Shown in pieces: positions 59,384 to 64,000 of a stretch of 64,000 nucleotides of DNA. Made by a program: the position numbers and the translations under genes. The notes under the pieces were generated by a model. The model was not told the DNA's origin, did not search any database, and worked only from the letters and a program-made list of their open reading frames with translations. This DNA is from Chloroflexota bacterium. Lineage in GTDB: Bacteria; Chloroflexota; Dehalococcoidia; Lucifugimonadales; Lucifugimonadaceae. Positions within the stretch are counted from its first letter, which is position 1; each line of letters begins with the position of its first letter. The stretch is from the NCBI GenBank assembly GCA_002719295.1, contig PBHC01000005.1, positions 1 to 64,000 on the forward strand. Reading direction: 5' to 3'.

Positions 59384-60139
59384 ATGGAGTACTCTTTATA
59401 TATTTATTTGATCTTATCTATTATTTGTTTATTAATTGGCTTCTTAGGAGGGTTTTTAGGAATAGCGTTAGGAGCAGTAAGATTGCCTATAATAATTATT
59501 TTAGGGATTGAACCTATTATTGCAGCATCTACAAATTTGCTTGCTGTTATCTTTGGTTCATTTGCCGGTTTAATACCCGCTATAAAACAAAACAGAGTTC
59601 CTATAAAAGCATCTATTAGAATTGCTATACCATCAATGATTGCCGCATTCTTAGGTGGGTATTTTGCATTTCAAATCCCTGAATTATATCTATTAATAAT
59701 TATGATTTTTTGTCTTGTTGTATCAGGCTTAGTCATGACTTTTTACAAAATAAGTGAGTTTGAAGATAAGCCTTCAAACAAAAATTCTTTATATGAAGTT
59801 ACTGTGGGTATTCTTATATCTTATTTCGGAGGTACTGTAGGCTTGGCTTTAGGAGTTCTAAGAGTTCCTGCTTTTGTATATTTCTTAAGGATGAATATTA
59901 AGAAAGCTGGTGGTATAAACCTATTTTTGTCTATTTTAGTAGGTATTTCAGCTTATGCAGGACATTCGTTTTCAGGAGGATTTGATTATTTTCTAGTATT
60001 AACTATTGTTTTTCCTACAATAATTGGGATGTATTGTGGATCAAGATTTGTAAAAATTGCTAATGATAATCAGTTACGTAAAATTTTAGGAATTACTTTG
60101 TTGGTACTATCCCTAGTTTTATTAATTAGAGAGCTTTAG
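59384..60139 (+). CDS. TSUP (TauE/SafE) family membrane protein
   Basis: Two repeats GFLGGFLGIALG..R.P and GGTVGLALG..R.P; about 8 TM helices. Confidence 0.8.
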   Translation: MEYSLYIYLILSIICLLIGFLGGFLGIALGAVRLPIIIILGIEPIIAASTNLLAVIFGSFAGLIPAIKQNRVPIKASIRIAIPSMIAAFLGGYFAFQIPELYLLIIMIFCLVVSGLVMTFYKISEFEDKPSNKNSLYEVTVGILISYFGGTVGLALGVLRVPAFVYFLRMNIKKAGGINLFLSILVGISAYAGHSFSGGFDYFLVLTIVFPTIIGMYCGSRFVKIANDNQLRKILGITLLVLSLVLLIREL

Positions 60140-60165
60140 GCAGAATCTATTTGACCCTGCCTAAA
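60135..60165 (-). terminator. Hairpin between the convergent TSUP gene and sodN
   Basis: Minus strand UAGGCAGGGUC-AAAUA-GAUUCUGCCUA with two G-U pairs; no clean U tail. Confidence 0.55.
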
Positions 60166-60172
60166 AAAATAA

Positions 60173-60598
60173 TTATTTTTTAGTTTCCCAAAAAATATCC
60201 CCTATTTCTTCTAATGCTGCTTTAAACTCTTTAGCTTTTCCAAGGTCTACATTAACTTTTACAAAAGATCCTAGCTTACATGCATTCCAAACTTTTTCAT
60301 GTAAATCAGGGTATTTTTCTAAATGTTCTGGTTTGAAATAATCAGTCCATATAACCAAAATGTCATCTTTTGCTTTTTTTGCGTGCTCTTCTTTTGCAGC
60401 AACATATCTAGCCATTGAATTACCTAGACTTGCAGATGGTCCTTTTGAATAATCTAGTTCTTCAAGCAATTCCGTCATTCTGATCACTGTTTGAGCCGCC
60501 TGTAGTGCATCATGTGGATCATAAATTCCACACGGGATATCACAGTGACTAGTTGCTTCATGTACATTGAATACTTTTTCAAAAATATTATTTAACAT
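60173..60598 (-). CDS. sodN: Nickel superoxide dismutase precursor
   Basis: Ni-hook HCDIPCGIYDP after a short leader; KEEHA, WTDYFK, IFWETK. Confidence 0.96.
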   Translation of the reverse strand: MLNNIFEKVFNVHEATSHCDIPCGIYDPHDALQAAQTVIRMTELLEELDYSKGPSASLGNSMARYVAAKEEHAKKAKDDILVIWTDYFKPEHLEKYPDLHEKVWNACKLGSFVKVNVDLGKAKEFKAALEEIGDIFWETKK

Positions 60599-60645
60599 TT
60601 TTTCTCCTTGTTTAATTTTTTTCTTGTGGTTGTAGAATATATATT

Positions 60646-61110
60646 ATGATAAATTTACGAAGTTTGATAATACCTTTTGTTAAAAATTTATTGAATATAC
60701 TATTTTTTCCAAAAAACTACATGATTTTCAAAATAACTGAAATGAATAGTAATAGTATGGAACCAAATTTTCATGAAGGTTCCTATTATTTGGTAAAAAA
60801 AATATCTGATTTTTCCTCAATAAAAAGATTCGATGTAATTATTTATTTTTGCAAAATCCACTCATTAAATCATATAAAAAGAGTAGTTGGGCTACCCAAT
60901 GAAACATTAAATGTGTATGACAATTCAATTTTTGTTAATACCAAAAAAATCGATAATATTTCTATTCCTGATTCAATAAACATTGAATGTAAAATTAGAT
61001 CAATTGAATATTTTTTATTGTCAGATAATATATTTTTATTAGGAAAATCTTGCGATTCAATAAAGAATGGCCCAATAAAAAAAGAAAATATTATAGGTTC
61101 AATTATTTAA
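60646..61110 (+). CDS. sodX: S26 peptidase, probable Ni-SOD maturation protease (start may be ATG 60721)
   Basis: SMEP (Ser), IKRV (Lys), DN...CDS...GP; divergent from sodN. Confidence 0.65.
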   Translation: MINLRSLIIPFVKNLLNILFFPKNYMIFKITEMNSNSMEPNFHEGSYYLVKKISDFSSIKRFDVIIYFCKIHSLNHIKRVVGLPNETLNVYDNSIFVNTKKIDNISIPDSINIECKIRSIEYFLLSDNIFLLGKSCDSIKNGPIKKENIIGSII

Positions 61111-62389
61111 AATAATTGTTAATTAGTTTTTTCGAAGACAATGCTGCTGTTTCCATAGTGTTTGGTAAACTATTTATAGTCCAATCTCCTACATAATATA
61201 GATTTCTACTTTTATGATTCAGATTGATTTTTTTTGTAGATATTTGTGTTGCCTTTGGAGATCTTATTACAAGAGACCTTATGTTTTTTATGTTTTCAGA
61301 AATATTCAATTCTTTTCTTAATATTTTTTCATATTCTTGAATTAATTTTTGATTAGTAACCTTTAATAGATTCCCAACTGCACTTAGAGAAATTACGATT
61401 CTATATTCTTTATTTGATTTTCTAAATTTATTATCAGAAAATACCCATTCTAATTTTGAATTAGTAAAACTAATAAAATCTTCGTTGGTTACCTTTTTAT
61501 CAAACCAAAAATAGATATTGATTATTCCATCAGTTCTTAAATTATTATTTTGGGTCTTATTATTTGTGGGTGAATCGAAACTTTTTATCCCCCCAATAGT
61601 AGTCGCTATTATGACTTTGTCATACACATAATTTTTATTTTTGCTCATTAATGAATATTTTTTTTGAGAATATTTTATATTTTCTATTTTTTCTCCTAGA
61701 TATAAGTTTGATTCATTTTTCTTTATGTAATTTTCAAAATTTTTATTTAGAATTTTGCTAAAAGGTTTTTTGAAATAACAAATTCCTATATTTTTTTTAT
61801 AATTGAAAATCATAATCTGAAATAAATTTATCGCATGATTCATTGTTATTTCGTTAAGTTTAGAATTAAAAGCCGGAACACAAATTATTTCCCAAAACTT
61901 TTTTATCATGTCATTATTTTGACCATTTTTTTCTAACCATGATTTGAAGGAAGTTTTAGAATTATAATCTTTTGATTTTGATAATTTATATAAACCTAAA
62001 ATTATCTTTAATCTTTCATTGAATTTTAAGTTTTTGTAGTTTAAAACAGAAAAAATTAAATTTAGTGGATATAAAGGAATGCTTGATTTAATATAGTGAG
62101 TTTTTGAGTTATCTTGAACTGGAATATTAATTTTCTTTTTTATAGATAAATATTGCTTAACATTTAGTTTTTCTAGGACTTCTAGAAAATTTTTATATGA
62201 AGGTAAAAATATGTGCTGTCCTATGTCTACAGTAATATTTTTGTTTTTTATAGATCCAGCTCTCCCCCCTAAAGTTTTTTTTGTTTCAAAAATATCTACT
62301 TTATAACCTTTTTCAATAAGAAATACTGATGCAGCTATTCCTGAAATTCCTCCCCCAATTATTGCTATTTTTTGATTTTTGTTTTTCAA
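61103..62389 (-). CDS. hpnE: Hydroxysqualene dehydroxylase-like FAD oxidoreductase
   Basis: IIGGGISG, LGGRAGS, DIGQHI, GDWT...P.TMETA; adjacent to hpnC. Confidence 0.75.
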   Translation of the reverse strand: MKNKNQKIAIIGGGISGIAASVFLIEKGYKVDIFETKKTLGGRAGSIKNKNITVDIGQHIFLPSYKNFLEVLEKLNVKQYLSIKKKINIPVQDNSKTHYIKSSIPLYPLNLIFSVLNYKNLKFNERLKIILGLYKLSKSKDYNSKTSFKSWLEKNGQNNDMIKKFWEIICVPAFNSKLNEITMNHAINLFQIMIFNYKKNIGICYFKKPFSKILNKNFENYIKKNESNLYLGEKIENIKYSQKKYSLMSKNKNYVYDKVIIATTIGGIKSFDSPTNNKTQNNNLRTDGIINIYFWFDKKVTNEDFISFTNSKLEWVFSDNKFRKSNKEYRIVISLSAVGNLLKVTNQKLIQEYEKILRKELNISENIKNIRSLVIRSPKATQISTKKINLNHKSRNLYYVGDWTINSLPNTMETAALSSKKLINNYFK

Positions 62390-63294
62390 TTTTTGTGTAA
62401 ATAAGATTTTAAAATAGATTTGATTATTATAATGATTTTTTCCAATGAATTAGTTTTAGGTTTTTTTAAAAGTATATTTGATTTATTTTTACTAATTTTT
62501 TTTAATATACTTTCACCAGAACTTATAAAAATTTGTATTATAGTCGCATCTTTCTTTTTAAGGTAGGATGTAAGATTTTTCCCATCCTGATATAACGTTT
62601 TATTTATATTAACTAGTTCAGTAATTAGATTTTCAAATTGTTCCTTGTACGTATCATTATCTAAAATCTTTTTGTTATTCAGTTTTGATAGATCAACTTT
62701 GTGTTTTTTTAAAAATTCACCTGGGATATAAGTCCTCCCTTTACTTAAATCTATTTGTATATCTTGAATGAAATTAGTAATTTGAAGTGCTGTGCAAATA
62801 TTATTAGAAAGATTTACTAGGTTTTTATCTCTATATCCCATAATATTTAATACAATCTCTCCAACAGGATTGGCAGAATGTTCACAATAATAATAAAGTT
62901 CCTCTAATGAATTATAATTATGTTTTGTTTGATCTATAGAATTTGCTTTTATTAATTTTTCAAATGGTAGTTTAGGTAAATTGTATTTTTTTATTGTTTT
63001 TTGTAGAGCTATAAAAACTGGATTTGTAGCACTGTTTTTATAAGCAAGGTCTAATTCTTTTTGCCAAATTTCTAATCCATCAAAAATGCTTTCTTTAGAA
63101 AGTTCATCTCCTATAAAATCAATTCCTCTAGAAAAAGCATATATACTTGCAAAGTCATCCATAAGATTTTTTTTAATAAAAAACATATAAATAGGAAAAT
63201 TTTCATAATTCCTATTTATGATTTCATAGCATGTCTTTATAGATTCTTTGTAATTTAATTTTTTACCAGATTGAAGGAAAATTAAATTTTTCAT
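62386..63294 (-). CDS. hpnC: Squalene/phytoene synthase family, HpnC-like
   Basis: YENFP, IYAFSR..D..GDE, YC..SANPVG, ICTALQ.TNF.QD; ATG 63294 follows the upstream stop. Confidence 0.8.
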   Translation of the reverse strand: MKNLIFLQSGKKLNYKESIKTCYEIINRNYENFPIYMFFIKKNLMDDFASIYAFSRGIDFIGDELSKESIFDGLEIWQKELDLAYKNSATNPVFIALQKTIKKYNLPKLPFEKLIKANSIDQTKHNYNSLEELYYYCEHSANPVGEIVLNIMGYRDKNLVNLSNNICTALQITNFIQDIQIDLSKGRTYIPGEFLKKHKVDLSKLNNKKILDNDTYKEQFENLITELVNINKTLYQDGKNLTSYLKKKDATIIQIFISSGESILKKISKNKSNILLKKPKTNSLEKIIIIIKSILKSYLHKN

Positions 63295-63295
63295 A

Positions 63296-64000
63296 TTATC
63301 TGATTTTTGAAAACTCATAGAATAATTTTTTTTCAAATATTTCATTTTTGATTTTTTTTGTTTTTATTTTATGAAAATATAATTCTCTTAAGAATTCATT
63401 AAACTTATTCCAAATTGTAGGATTTAAGTTGTTTGTGATTGGAAAGCTTGAATTAATTATTCTGATTATTGATATGTTAAGTGAGTTTTTTATCATAAAT
63501 TCATTTAATCTTGAAGAATAGCTATCTATGAAAATTCCATTTAGATTATCATTTATCCATTTTTTAGCATTTGATCTATGATGTATATTATGAGCATTTT
63601 CTAATTCAATGCCTGAGCCTACATAATGTTCAAATGTTAATTTTTCTAGAATATCGCAAATTGATTTATTTAATTCTTCAGAAGTATCGAACCATCTGTC
63701 TTCTCTGGGCACAGACCAATTGATTGGTTTAGAATTCATGCTTATAGTTTCTTTTGCTACAATAATACTTCCATTTTCTATATGCTTTATAGTTTGGAGG
63801 GCGAAATCTAAAGAAATAATATTTTTTGGCTTTAAATCATCTATTGTTTTTTTTAAATCAATAAAATCATCATTTTTTTCTATGGAGTAAAAATAAAAAT
63901 TATTGTTTATGGCTTTCTTTTTGAAGTATTTATTACTAATTATTAAGTTCATTATTTTGTACGATGCATTAAGAAAAAGTTTGTATCTAAAAGCATACTT
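63296..64000 (-). CDS. Divergent nucleoside-phosphorylase-fold protein (HpnG-like); 5' end uncertain
   Basis: PKNIISLDFA...GSIIVA, FIDSYS and IIRIINS weakly resemble PNP_UDP_1 motifs; frame is open to the window edge (first ATG 63952). Confidence 0.4.
   Translation of the reverse strand, partial: KYAFRYKLFLNASYKIMNLIISNKYFKKKAINNNFYFYSIEKNDDFIDLKKTIDDLKPKNIISLDFALQTIKHIENGSIIVAKETISMNSKPINWSVPREDRWFDTSEELNKSICDILEKLTFEHYVGSGIELENAHNIHHRSNAKKWINDNLNGIFIDSYSSRLNEFMIKNSLNISIIRIINSSFPITNNLNPTIWNKFNEFLRELYFHKIKTKKIKNEIFEKKLFYEFSKIR

Overview
A gene-dense, very AT-rich bacterial chromosome segment with tiny or overlapping intergenic spaces and frequent TTG starts. I saw no rRNA, tRNA, CRISPR, phage or IS element. 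Gene content and order suggest a streamlined aerobic marine Chloroflexota (Dehalococcoidia/SAR202-like); this is an inference, not a database result. Contents in order: PrsA/SurA-like foldase, thrC, GNAT/MshA-like/MshD-like genes, a Leu-specifier T-box controlling ilvBNC-leuA-leuC-(membrane gene)-leuD-leuB, catabolic enzymes, cimA, a DUF3090/SCO1664-like pair with an inositol monophosphatase, gyrA, rplU-rpmA-rpmE, hisHAF-(HAD)-hisIE, Fe-S helpers, a plsX/fab cluster, ccm genes, a rearranged alternative complex III (ACIII) operon, TPP E1 alpha/beta, Ni-SOD and hpnC/hpnE. The best candidate for an undescribed system is at 53801-60139. There pxpABC (5-oxoprolinase-like; PxpB/PxpC are homologous to the urea-carboxylase carboxyltransferase domain) is tightly coupled to the gamma/delta, biotin-carrier and beta subunits of a Na+-translocating decarboxylase. 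No classical alpha subunit or biotin carboxylase is present, and PxpC carries an extra C-terminal segment resembling the biotin carrier's N-terminus. Other notable signals: a (CG)n Z-DNA/hairpin island upstream of gyrA, a probable ATT/ATA start for actA, Arg/Pro-rich insertions in LeuB and mycothiol-pathway-like genes.
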